Below are positions 53,129 through 62,732 of a stretch of 64,000 bases of DNA, in pieces (positions within the stretch are counted from its first letter, which is position 1; every line of letters starts with the position of its first letter). The notes under the pieces are model-generated. The model ran no database searches. It saw only the letters and a list, made by a program, of their open reading frames with translations, and was not told the origin of the DNA. The position numbers and the translations under genes are program-made. Origin of the DNA: Alphaproteobacteria bacterium (lineage in GTDB: Bacteria > Pseudomonadota > Alphaproteobacteria > JABAAW01 > JAHZMA01); contig CBDBHZ010000013.1 of NCBI GenBank assembly GCA_965205905.1, positions 209,571-273,570 of the forward strand. The letters are read 5' to 3'.

Positions 53129-53163
53129 CACCCCTCATTATTTTTGATGAGGGGTGTTTTTTT
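53129..53163 (+). terminator. intrinsic terminator hairpin with T-tract
   Basis: cacccctcat-tatttttg-atgaggggtg followed by ttttttt. Confidence 0.6.
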
Positions 53164-53251
53164 GATGGCGGTGTTTGTTGCAGGTGTATAATACATAGGG
53201 CGGTGCATGGGTCGAGATTCGTCAACACAAAAACCATGCCTGCCTCCACAC

Positions 53252-53395
53252 ATTAATTATATGGGGGGCTTTGCGGAGTCGTTTTATGTATCAAGGGGGG
53301 TGCGAACGCGCTTTATCGGTCGCGAGACTTACGTCCGCTTCCTTGCGCATACCCCCCTTGATAATCCCCCCGCCGTACCAAATACTGGCGGTGGT
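53252..53395. repeat. MITE-like repeat copy
   Basis: Canonical core. Confidence 0.7.
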
Positions 53396-53439
53396 GAGTG
53401 TCTCGGTTACACAACACGCAGGCGGTGCGTTTCTCTCAA

Positions 53440-53889
53440 TCAATACAGCGAACGTAAAATTATTTTCATTTCTATGATAATTTTTACTTTCACATCATCA
53501 CATTTCTGTTTTGATATTTTGATACTATTTTTATCCGAGATATTATCATCAAGATGGCTATCATTAGCGCATGTTATAAGAAACTTCTTATATTCTATTT
53601 TACCACGATATGGTATTCTTAAAAATGTTCGTTTATTGTTAAACGCATCAACCAACGCATCTAATTCAGCAGATTTAATTTTCAATAAACGCCTATATTC
53701 ATTTAATGCCTGCGTGCTCACTGTGTCTTTATCAAGAAATATATTATCCCATTCGCTCAAAAGTTCCATTGATTTACTCATGATTTTATCCGCAAGTGTA
53801 TTCAAAGCATGTAAGCGCACGCTCAAATAATGGGCAACAAAAACACTGGTTACGGCAACAATAATGGATATGATGCTTTGATATAACAT
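53440..53889 (-). CDS. hypothetical membrane-anchored protein (149 aa)
   Basis: N-terminal TM helix in an AT-rich islet between two MITE copies, paired with the upstream DUF4325-like gene. Confidence 0.4.
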   Translation of the reverse strand: MLYQSIISIIVAVTSVFVAHYLSVRLHALNTLADKIMSKSMELLSEWDNIFLDKDTVSTQALNEYRRLLKIKSAELDALVDAFNNKRTFLRIPYRGKIEYKKFLITCANDSHLDDNISDKNSIKISKQKCDDVKVKIIIEMKIILRSLY

Positions 53890-53908
53890 GACTTAATTGA
53901 TAAAAAAA

Positions 53909-54286
53909 TCAGGAAGCTTGCTTATATTCTTTAAATATGTCTTTTATCATCTCGGCATATCGGGGGGTTTGTTTAGATATAAGAACAATATTTTTATATG
54001 GCATATTCATATCAAATAATTTTCCAAATGATTCATCTACAAAAGGAAAGAGATAGCCATCTGTGTCATCTAAATCAATAATCAGTTTCTCACCCTTTTT
54101 GAGGTTTTTCAGCGCAGGAATTAGAACATTATCTCTAAATTCTTCGCCCGAATTACGCCCTTGCCAACTGAAACGCGGACCGGGTGAAGAGCTAAAATCT
54201 TTAGCAATTTTGATAGTGTGAGGCATTTTTTTACCCTCCTGATTGATAATAATATTTAATTTACCAAAATTGAGAGTATTTTGCAA
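53909..54286 (-). CDS. DUF4325-like (STAS-like) small protein
   Basis: 125 aa with the pattern ...GEKLIIDLDDTDGYLFPFVDESFGKL, like the DUF4325 STAS-like family. Confidence 0.4.
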   Translation of the reverse strand: MQNTLNFGKLNIIINQEGKKMPHTIKIAKDFSSSPGPRFSWQGRNSGEEFRDNVLIPALKNLKKGEKLIIDLDDTDGYLFPFVDESFGKLFDMNMPYKNIVLISKQTPRYAEMIKDIFKEYKQAS

Positions 54287-54293
54287 GACATTA

Positions 54294-54495
54294 TATTATA
54301 TGGGGGGCTTTGCGGTTTAGGTTTTATCTATCAAGGGGGGTGCGCTTTCTCAACAGCGTTTATTGTATCAAGGGGGGGGCGGTCGCGCTTCTCGATGCGC
54401 GCTTGTCAAATTTATGTCCGTTGGACAATTTGCCAAGCAGACGCCTCTTGCGCGAACCCCCCTTGATAATCCCCCCGCCGTACCAAATACTAGCG
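54294..54495. repeat. MITE-like repeat copy (variant module, G8 tract)
   Basis: Termini plus the internal module shared with 33375..33610. Confidence 0.65.
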
Positions 54496-54611
54496 ATAGT
54501 GTAAATTGCTGTTACACAACACTCTGGCATTGCGTATCACGAAACTCTTGCGTGAATAAATCCATTATGCTACACTGATAGGCTATTTTATTTATCAGCA
54601 GGAGTTTTACC

Positions 54612-55640
54612 ATGACCACTTCACCAGACTCATACGCCATTGCCGTATTAGGCGCGACAGGTAATGTTGGGCGCGAGATGCTTGCCATTTTGGCAGAGCG
54701 CGATTTTCCAATATCGCAAGCATACGCATTGGCATCGCAAAAATCAGTCGGACGGCAGGTGAGTTTTGGCGATAAAGACCTCGACATCCAAGATGCCGAT
54801 AGCTTCGACTATTCCAAAGTGCGCTTGGTATTCTCATCAGCGGGCGCGGCAATTTCTGCCAAACTTGCCCCAAAAATCACGGGTGCAGGTGCGGTGCTGA
54901 TTGATAACACCTCGCAATTTCGTATGGATGAAGATGTGCCACTTATTGTGCCAGAGGTGAATCCGCACGCGCTTAATAATTACAAAGCGCGCAATATCAT
55001 CGCCAATCCAAATTGTTCCACCATTCAAATGGTGCTGGCATTAAAGCCAATCCACGATGCTGTGCCAATCAAACGGGTGGTGGTTTCTACCTATCAGTCG
55101 GTTTCGGGTGGCGGCAAATCCGCAATGGATGAATTGTTCAATCAAACGCGCGGAATTTACGTCAATGATTCCCCAACGCGTGAGCATTTCACCAAGCAGA
55201 TTGCGTTTAATGTGATACCGCATATTGATAGTTTCATGGATGATGGTGCCACCAAAGAAGAGTGGAAAATGAAAGTTGAGACCCAAAAAATCATGGAAGC
55301 CGATATTGCAGTCCATGCCAACTGTGTGCGGGTGCCTGTGTTTATCGGGCATGGCGAGATGGTGAATATTGAGTTGACCGCGCCGATGAGCGACACCCAA
55401 GCAACTGAAATTCTGATGGAAACTGAAGGCTTGGTGGTGATTGACCATCGCGCTGATGAGGGCTATCCAACCCCTATTGAAATTGCGGGCGAAGATGGCG
55501 TTTATATCAGCCGTATCCGCGAAGATGATACCGTGCCATACGGGCTTTCAATGTGGGTTGTGGGCGATAATCTCCGCAAAGGGGCTGCGTTAAATGCGGT
55601 GCAGATTGCCGAAAAAATGCTAGAAATGAAACTGCTATGA
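54612..55640 (+). CDS. asd: aspartate-semialdehyde dehydrogenase
   Basis: 342 aa with VLGATGNVG and the NCSTI active-site Cys. Confidence 0.9.
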   Translation: MTTSPDSYAIAVLGATGNVGREMLAILAERDFPISQAYALASQKSVGRQVSFGDKDLDIQDADSFDYSKVRLVFSSAGAAISAKLAPKITGAGAVLIDNTSQFRMDEDVPLIVPEVNPHALNNYKARNIIANPNCSTIQMVLALKPIHDAVPIKRVVVSTYQSVSGGGKSAMDELFNQTRGIYVNDSPTREHFTKQIAFNVIPHIDSFMDDGATKEEWKMKVETQKIMEADIAVHANCVRVPVFIGHGEMVNIELTAPMSDTQATEILMETEGLVVIDHRADEGYPTPIEIAGEDGVYISRIREDDTVPYGLSMWVVGDNLRKGAALNAVQIAEKMLEMKLL

Positions 55641-56840
55641 GCGATGATATTGCAGACAATATTATCCCATGTTATGGGCGGTTTCCGCTACGTTTTGTGC
55701 GGGGCAAGGGTGCCTATATCTTCACCGAAGATGACACCCCCTATCTGGATTTTGCCTCTGGCATTGCGGTGAATGCGCTGGGGCATAGCGATAAGGGTTT
55801 GTGCGATGCGCTCCGCAGTCAAATTGATACTATATGGCATTGCTCGAATCTCTATCATATTCCACAACAGCAAGAATTAGCCACCATGCTGGCAGAAAAA
55901 TCATTTGCTGACCGCGTGTTTTTCTGCAATTCAGGGCTTGAAGCCAACGAAGCCATGATAAAATGCGCGCGCCGTTACCATTATGAACGTGGCGATAAAA
56001 ACCGCAATGTGATACTCACCTTAAGCGGTGCGTTTCATGGCAGGTCGCTGGCAACATTGGCGGCAACGGGCAACCCCACAATATCTTGAGGGTATGGGTC
56101 CGACTCCGCAAGGCTTTAAGCAGGTGAAACGTGATGATGTCGCCACAGTGGCAGCCGCGATTGATGATAAAACTGCCGCCATTTTGGTTGAACCCGTGCA
56201 GGGTGAGGGCGGGCTATATCCGTTATTGAACAATGATTATTTGAAGCAGTTACGAAGCCTTGCTGATAGGTCTGGTATTTTGTTACTGTTTGATGAGGTG
56301 CAATGCGGTGTTGCGCGCACGGGTAAATTATGGGCGCATCAACATGCGGGCATCAGTCCTGATGGTATGAGTTTAGGCAAAGGGCTAGGCGGTGGTTTTC
56401 CAGTGGGCGCGTTTTTGGCAACCGAGAAACTAGGCACAGCGTTAAGCGCAGGCACACATGGCAACACATTTGGCGGTAATTATCTGGCGATGACGGTGGC
56501 GAAACATATTATCAGCACAGTTAGCAAGCCCGATTTTTTAGGCAATGTGGTGAAGCAGGGGCAGGATTTAAGCGCAAAGTTACAGCAATTATGCCAAAGC
56601 TTTCCCGATATGATTACCGAAATTCGGGGCATGGGGCTGATGCTTGGTATCAGGCTTGCCGATGATTATAGCAATAAAGATTTGGTGGCGGGCTTGCATC
56701 AGCAACAGATGCTGACTGTGCCAGCGGGCGATAATGTGGTGCGGTTACTGCCACCATTAAATATCGGCTCTGATGTGCTAGATGTGGCGGAACAGAAACT
56801 TGGTAACGGATTAAAGGCGTTACAAAAAGGAGGTGCATAA
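55637..56840 (+). pseudogene. argD: acetylornithine aminotransferase, split by a frameshift near 56028-56089
   Basis: N-terminal ORF 55637..56089 and C-terminal ORF 56028..56840 (LLFDEVQCGVARTGKLWA with the PLP lysine region) together cover ArgD. Confidence 0.75.
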
Positions 56841-57946
56841 TGAAACCACTAATGAAAAAACGCATAGGCGGTGATTTTTTATGCCTCACCCGTATGGATA
56901 GCCGAACCTTGCGGACGATTTTGGATATTGCCATTAAAATGAAGAAGAAGCGCAAGACCGAACAATTTTTGAGTGGCAAAATTCTAGCGATGATTTTTGA
57001 TAAGCCATCAACCCGCACCCGAGTCAGTTTTGATGTGGCAATGCGCCAGTTAGGCGGCGCGATTACTGCGCTTTCGGGGCAGGAAATGCAGCTTGGGCGT
57101 GGCGAGAGCATTGAAGATACCGCCAAAGTTTTATCGCGCTATGTCAATATTATTATGATACGCACGGCTGAAGAACAGCGCCTGCTAGATATGGCGGAAC
57201 ATGCCACTGTGCCAGTGATTAACGGGCTGACTGATGATTCTCACCCCTGCCAAATCATGGCGGATATGATGACGTTTGAAGAGCATAGGGGCAGCATTAA
57301 GGGCAAGAAAATTGCATGGCTGGGCGATGGCAATAATGTTTCGGCAAGCCTTGCCCATGCGGCGCGTCATTTTGGGTTTGAACTGCATTTGGCAGTGCCA
57401 GAAGCACGGCTTGGCTTTTTGGATAAAGCGGTTAAGTGGGCAAATCAGGATAATCAATGCGTGCATATCAGCGCGACTGCCCAAGATGCGGCGCAGGGCG
57501 CACATGCGGTGGTAACCGATACATGGGTATCGATGGGTGATAATGCCGATAATGGCAATGGAGGAGGCGAAGTTAATTCATTCTTCATGCCCTATCAGGT
57601 CAATGCGGGGATTATGCGTCAAGCCAATGCTGATGCGGTATTTATGCACTGCCTGCCCGCGCATCGTGGCGAAGAGGTAACGGCTGAAGTGATGGATGGC
57701 GCGCAATCGATTGTGTGGGACGAGGCTGAAAATCGCCTGCATGTTCAAAAAAGCATTATCCTTGTGGTGTCTGGGTGGCAAACGTGGTTTGCTATTGCCG
57801 AACCGCTTTTTCGCGAACAGGAAGAAAAAACCACATCGCCCTCGTGTTGCGTAACACGCACCCCCTGTCTTCACGGGGGCAAGCCCTTGATACGATACCC
57901 AATAAGGCAGATAATAATTCTTGACTGTTTTTACTCGCTAATATAA
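56840..57946 (+). CDS. argF: ornithine carbamoyltransferase; an abnormal roughly 55-aa C-terminal extension suggests a 3'-end frameshift near 57750
   Basis: STRTR, HPCQ and HCLP motifs. The protein should end soon after ...AENRLHVQK but runs on. Confidence 0.75.
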   Translation: MKPLMKKRIGGDFLCLTRMDSRTLRTILDIAIKMKKKRKTEQFLSGKILAMIFDKPSTRTRVSFDVAMRQLGGAITALSGQEMQLGRGESIEDTAKVLSRYVNIIMIRTAEEQRLLDMAEHATVPVINGLTDDSHPCQIMADMMTFEEHRGSIKGKKIAWLGDGNNVSASLAHAARHFGFELHLAVPEARLGFLDKAVKWANQDNQCVHISATAQDAAQGAHAVVTDTWVSMGDNADNGNGGGEVNSFFMPYQVNAGIMRQANADAVFMHCLPAHRGEEVTAEVMDGAQSIVWDEAENRLHVQKSIILVVSGWQTWFAIAEPLFREQEEKTTSPSCCVTRTPCLHGGKPLIRYPIRQIIILDCFYSLI

Positions 57947-57959
57947 AATAGATTTACTA

Positions 57960-58172
57960 TTGTTTTTATCATTGAGGATACAAATTATGACTAAGCTTCA
58001 ACAGTCAATTGCTGATAATTCCCATCAGGAAACCTATGAAGAGCCTGATGAGTTTGATTTAGAGCTCATTAAACTTGCGGATGAAGTTATAGCACGGAAT
58101 GAAAAGCGATTCACCCATAATGAAGTGATGAAAGAGCTAGGTCCAGAATTTTACGAAAAATATAAGAATTGA
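57960..58172 (+). CDS. putative antitoxin of a type II toxin-antitoxin pair
   Basis: 70-aa acidic protein whose stop overlaps the start of the RelE/ParE-like gene. Confidence 0.4.
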   Translation: MFLSLRIQIMTKLQQSIADNSHQETYEEPDEFDLELIKLADEVIARNEKRFTHNEVMKELGPEFYEKYKN

Positions 58173-58457
58173 GTGATGACAGAGGCTATTTACTCGGTTT
58201 CTGCTAAAAAGTCATTAAAGAAAATCCCGCAAAGCTATCAAAATAAAATTATTAAAGCCATTGAAGTTGATTTGAAAGCAAATCCTTTTCAAAATAGTGT
58301 TTTAATAAATTCTCAAGCTTATAGAAGACATAAAAAGAATATCGGAAACTATAGAATCATCTATATAATTCTAGATGATGAAAAAATTGATATTTTAGAT
58401 ATTTTACTCATTGGGCATCGCAAGGATATTTATCAAAAAATGAAGCGCCTGCCGTAA
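58173..58457 (+). CDS. RelE/ParE-family type II toxin
   Basis: NYRIIYIILDDEKIDILDILLIGHRKDIY is the characteristic C-terminal RelE/ParE pattern. Confidence 0.6.
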   Translation: MMTEAIYSVSAKKSLKKIPQSYQNKIIKAIEVDLKANPFQNSVLINSQAYRRHKKNIGNYRIIYIILDDEKIDILDILLIGHRKDIYQKMKRLP

Positions 58458-58469
58458 TATTCTCTGGAA

Positions 58470-58790
58470 TTGCAACTTGGTTGCAATTCTAGCGGATATT
58501 AATTGCGGAGGGGTTACAAGGGGCTTCCTTGCGTCAGCAAGGTCGTAAAGCCCCTTGCTAGCGAATTTTAGCTTTGCTAAAATTCTAGCGTATAATTAAT
58601 GAACGGAGGGGGTATAGGGGGCGTCTTGCCGATAAGGCAAGTCGTAAAGCCCCTTGCTAGCGAATTTTAGCTTTGCTAAAATTCTAGCGTATAATTAATG
58701 AACGGAGGGGGTATAGGGGGCGTCTTGCCGATAAGGCAAGTCGTAAAGCCCCCTACTAGCGAATTTTAGCTTTGCTAAAATTCTAGCGAA
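58470..58790. repeat. tandem array (about 3 units of about 96 bp) of a palindromic element (gctagcgaattttagctttgctaaaattctagcg core)
   Basis: Three near-identical units are visible by eye. The same palindrome occurs after tRNA-Phe (36660-36700). Confidence 0.7.
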
Positions 58791-60843
58791 TGTAACGTGC
58801 CCCGAACGCGCCTATATAGGTCTTGCTTGTGCCTTCAGTTAGCTTAAATGTGCCACCTGCTTCTTGTGCATCTGCGCCATAAAGCTTCATCACGGCTGTG
58901 CCATCGCTAAGATTAGCGTTACTCGTATCACCCCTAAACCATTTATGGTGGGGGTCATAATCCAAATCAGCATCAAAATCGAGGTCAGCTGCATCGCTTG
59001 AGGAAGTGCCAGTAAAGCCGTATGCAATGAACTGACTTGAAGAGATAGACGGCAATGATGTTTTGCGTGTGCCTGTAACCGCAAGAGTAGCAGAAGCATT
59101 CTCAAAATTAGCTACGATGGCTACCGTGCCACGCGTTAACATGGTGGTGCTACCTTCTGTGTAAAAACCATAGCTTTTGCCGTTAAAAGTGGCATTGCCA
59201 GTTCTTGGTCTATCATTGGTGGCTAAGCCTGTTGAAAAAACGCCAAAATCGCTGCCTTTTTTCCAAATACCAAGCGTCTGATATTGCCAATCTGTTGGGG
59301 TAATAGTGCCGCCGCCGCCGCCTACCTTTTCATCATCATGCAGCGCCAGCCAATCTGATGAGCCTGCTGATGTGTGATGAACACGTAAATCACCCCCTAC
59401 TTGGTCATCATCATCACCAATATGGAACCTAGTCGACGTAGGTCCGTTACTATCAAAAGTGCCAATATCGGTGTCAGTGCCATCAATCGCCTTTGATTTC
59501 AGAATAACACTATAAGATAAATTAGAGGCTAATTGCGTTATTCTTGCTGTTTGGCTGGTAATCTCACCTGCATTGCTAACACCAATCGCGTTATATGTTT
59601 TTGCAGAAATGCCGCTTCTGTTTAATTTATAATGCGTCAAAAAAGTCGCTGTGTCTGTATCCCCGAATATATACACGATGGGTGGAGGTATTCTGTTTGC
59701 CACCGAATACACCGTAATAATATTGCTCGCTGGCACTATCTATCATTGCAAATGTGCCACCCAATTCATCAGCCGCATTATCGCCTGTGCCATAAAAACG
59801 GGCTTCGGCAAAGCCTTCCATAGCATGCCACTGAAACAGTGCCGTTAATATTATTTTTTGCGGGTTCATAATTTAATTCGGCGGTAAAATCAAGATAAGA
59901 TAAAGGAAACTGATTCACGCAAGGATAAGTCACTACATTATCAAAGCATTGTATTGTATTTAAGGTTTTCAAGCCTATTGTGCGGGCAGAAAAATCAATA
60001 GTTGCTGTTAAGTCAAATGCAGGAGTGTAAGACAATGCTTCACTGTTGTAAACGCCATTACCTGTACCCTTAAACATAATCGTTTCAGTCATTTCGCCTA
60101 TCTTGGCATCTGATGTTTCTATGCCTGCAATGGCAAAACCGATATAGGAATTAAAATTATCAGTTGTCGTGGTTATATCATCAGGCAGAGATGCCGTAAA
60201 GGTGGCCCAAGCGCCAACTATCATATAGTTTGTTGTAAATTCAAACGCATCATCAAAGTAGCTGGTTGATTCTCTTGCTAGCACTTATAAAACTTAGAGG
60301 ATTATTGCTATTATCAATTTTTCCTACAAATTCTAGCTCATCACTGGTTTCAGTTAGGGTTAGAATTTGTTCACCATCATATGTGGCTGTATATGTTTGG
60401 TCAGCAACATAAAGGCTTGTTGAATAAATATATCCGTCTGTATCAAATGTTAGCGATAGACGGGGCGCAGTGATTTTGGAAATAATAATAGCATCTTCTG
60501 TAATATGGTTTTCATTCCATGATTCTGTGGGGTCAGAACGGTTAAAGGTTTGATTGAGATTGAATTGCACGGCAATAGCATCTAACACAAGCGTTTTCTT
60601 CTCATTCTCTTTTGCAGCTGCCGATGCCTCGTCAAGAGAATTATAAGTCAGATGTTCTATTGGCGGAATATCAGTATTTGTTGGAATATCATCACCGATA
60701 CTAATGCTATAAACCCTCACAATATCACCAACCTTAGCATCATTACCCGCTGGGCTATCATTGCTTGATGAAGAGCTAGTGCATGCCGCCAATAAAATGG
60801 CGCATGACAGCGATAATAAGAGGTTTTTACTTGAATGTAACAT
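58783..60843 (-). pseudogene. degraded third member of the multi-lobed TbpB-like lipoprotein family (four or more overlapping ORF fragments)
   Basis: N-terminal fragment with lipobox LLAAC|T at 60843. The fragments 59778..60284, 59627..59869 and 58783..59736 carry the FYG...GGTF...YIG.FGA barrel signatures. Confidence 0.6.
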
Positions 60844-60929
60844 CGGTTTTCTCCTTAACGATATGGAATATATAGATTAACACATAAACACTCTATTAGA
60901 AAAATAATAAAGAGTCAAGATTGATTATT

Positions 60930-61100
60930 TAAGGGGGTGAGGGTTGCGACTCCCTCAGTGTTACACACAGCGGTGGGGGTATGGGGGGCGTCTTGGCAAG
61001 AGAGCGGACGTAAGTCTCGCGACCGAAGCCAAGTCGCAAAGCCCCCCATATATAATGCAAAGCGCGTTCGCACCCCCCTTGATAATCCCCCCGCTGTGTT
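60930..61100. repeat. MITE-like repeat copy
   Basis: Canonical core. Confidence 0.7.
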
Positions 61101-61276
61101 TAATACTAAAATCGTGATTGCTTTAATAAACTATCACAATATTTCAATGCTTTACCTATAAATATATAAGTCAAGCTTACCTATCTCTCTCTTTTTGCTT
61201 GTTTGTTGCGATTTGCTTTATTATAATATGCGTTAAAATGCCAATTAAAACATTATAATGTTGAGGATAAGCCATC

Positions 61277-62722
61277 ATGTCAGATAAAAATATGCTTAAA
61301 TTCGTTGATGAAGAACGCGCAATGCCCTTATTACGCGATGCAGATACAAGGGTGAAAGATTATCAAGAAATCTATCAATCCTTCAGTGCAAAGCAAGCTG
61401 AATCGCAATCGGCGCGGTGTTCGCAATGCGGTGTGCCATATTGTCAAATCCATTGCCCTGTTAGCAATAACATACCCGATTGGCTGATGCGGGTGGCAGA
61501 AAACAGGCTAGATGAGGCGTATTTGCTCTCATCGCAAACCAATGTGTTGCCCGAAATATGCGGGCGGATATGTCCGCAAGATAGGCTATGCGAGGGGAGT
61601 TGCGTATTAGAACAATCTGGGCATGGCACGGTAACGATTGGCGCGGTTGAAAAATATATCACCGATACCGCGTTTGATAATGGCTGGGTGCAACCGATTA
61701 AACCGCTTAGCGAATTAAAACAAAGTATCGGCATTATTGGCGCAGGTCCAGCGGGGATTGCGGCGGCGGCACGGTTGCGCGAATGTGGCTATCAGGTGGT
61801 GATTTACGATGCTTATGACCGTGCAGGTGGCTTGCTGATTTACGGGATTCCGTCATTTAAGCTAGAAAAAGACATTGTGGCGCGTCGGGCAGATTGGTTG
61901 GCACAATCAGGCGTTAAATTTGTGCTGAATTGCCGTATCGGTAAAGATAAAAAATTTGCTGAATTGCGTAAAACTCACGATGCGGTGCTGATTGCCACTG
62001 GCGTTTATCAGGCGCGTGATATTGGTGATGGTGCAGATAGTCAAAATCTGGTCGCGGCACTGGATTATCTTACGCATAGTAATAAGCTGGATTTGGGCGA
62101 TAAATTATCAAGCAATGCAGAATTCAATGCCAAAGGTAAAAAAGTGGTGGTTATCGGTGGCGGTGATACCGCAATGGATTGCGTGCGGACGGCAGTAAGG
62201 CAAGGCGCAAAATCGGTGCAATGTCTATACAGACGCGACCGTGCCAATATGCCGGGCTCGGTGCGCGAGGTTGCCAATGCCGAACAAGAAAATGTGGAAT
62301 TTTGTTGGTTGGTTGCGCCCGATGGATTTATCAGCAAAGATGGCGTGATTACCGCTGTGCAAGCACAGAAAATGAAGCTTGGCGAAAAAGCGCGTGATGG
62401 CAGGCAGGCGATACTGCCCGATGCAAATGCCGATATAGAAACATTTCCTGCCGATATGGTGGTGCAAGCGCTTGGTTTTGAACCCGAAAATCTGCCTGAA
62501 CAATTCGCTGATAAGGCGCTCCCCGTTACGCAATGGGGCACATTGCGCGCGCGCTATCCTGATATGATGCTGGAAAGCGATAATGCTGATGCTGATAACA
62601 CGCATGATGGTATATTTGCCGCAGGCGATATTGTGCGTGGTGCATCATTAGTGGTGTGGGCAGTGCGCGAAGGGCAAGATGCGGCGACAGGCATTCACCA
62701 ATGGCTACAGAATAAAAGATGA
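61277..62722 (+). CDS. gltD: glutamate synthase (NADPH) small subunit
   Basis: 481 aa with Fe-S Cys clusters and the GAGPAG FAD/NAD folds. Confidence 0.85.
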   Translation: MSDKNMLKFVDEERAMPLLRDADTRVKDYQEIYQSFSAKQAESQSARCSQCGVPYCQIHCPVSNNIPDWLMRVAENRLDEAYLLSSQTNVLPEICGRICPQDRLCEGSCVLEQSGHGTVTIGAVEKYITDTAFDNGWVQPIKPLSELKQSIGIIGAGPAGIAAAARLRECGYQVVIYDAYDRAGGLLIYGIPSFKLEKDIVARRADWLAQSGVKFVLNCRIGKDKKFAELRKTHDAVLIATGVYQARDIGDGADSQNLVAALDYLTHSNKLDLGDKLSSNAEFNAKGKKVVVIGGGDTAMDCVRTAVRQGAKSVQCLYRRDRANMPGSVREVANAEQENVEFCWLVAPDGFISKDGVITAVQAQKMKLGEKARDGRQAILPDANADIETFPADMVVQALGFEPENLPEQFADKALPVTQWGTLRARYPDMMLESDNADADNTHDGIFAAGDIVRGASLVVWAVREGQDAATGIHQWLQNKR

Positions 62723-62732
62723 AAGTAAGATA

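Noticed and set aside
52762-53165. tmRNA, SRP RNA, 6S RNA or RNase P RNA identity for the candidate sRNA
   Set aside because: None of the diagnostic motifs (tag-peptide reading frame, SRP GGAA tetraloop domain, RNase P P4 sequences) could be recognised. It is kept only as a generic sRNA candidate.
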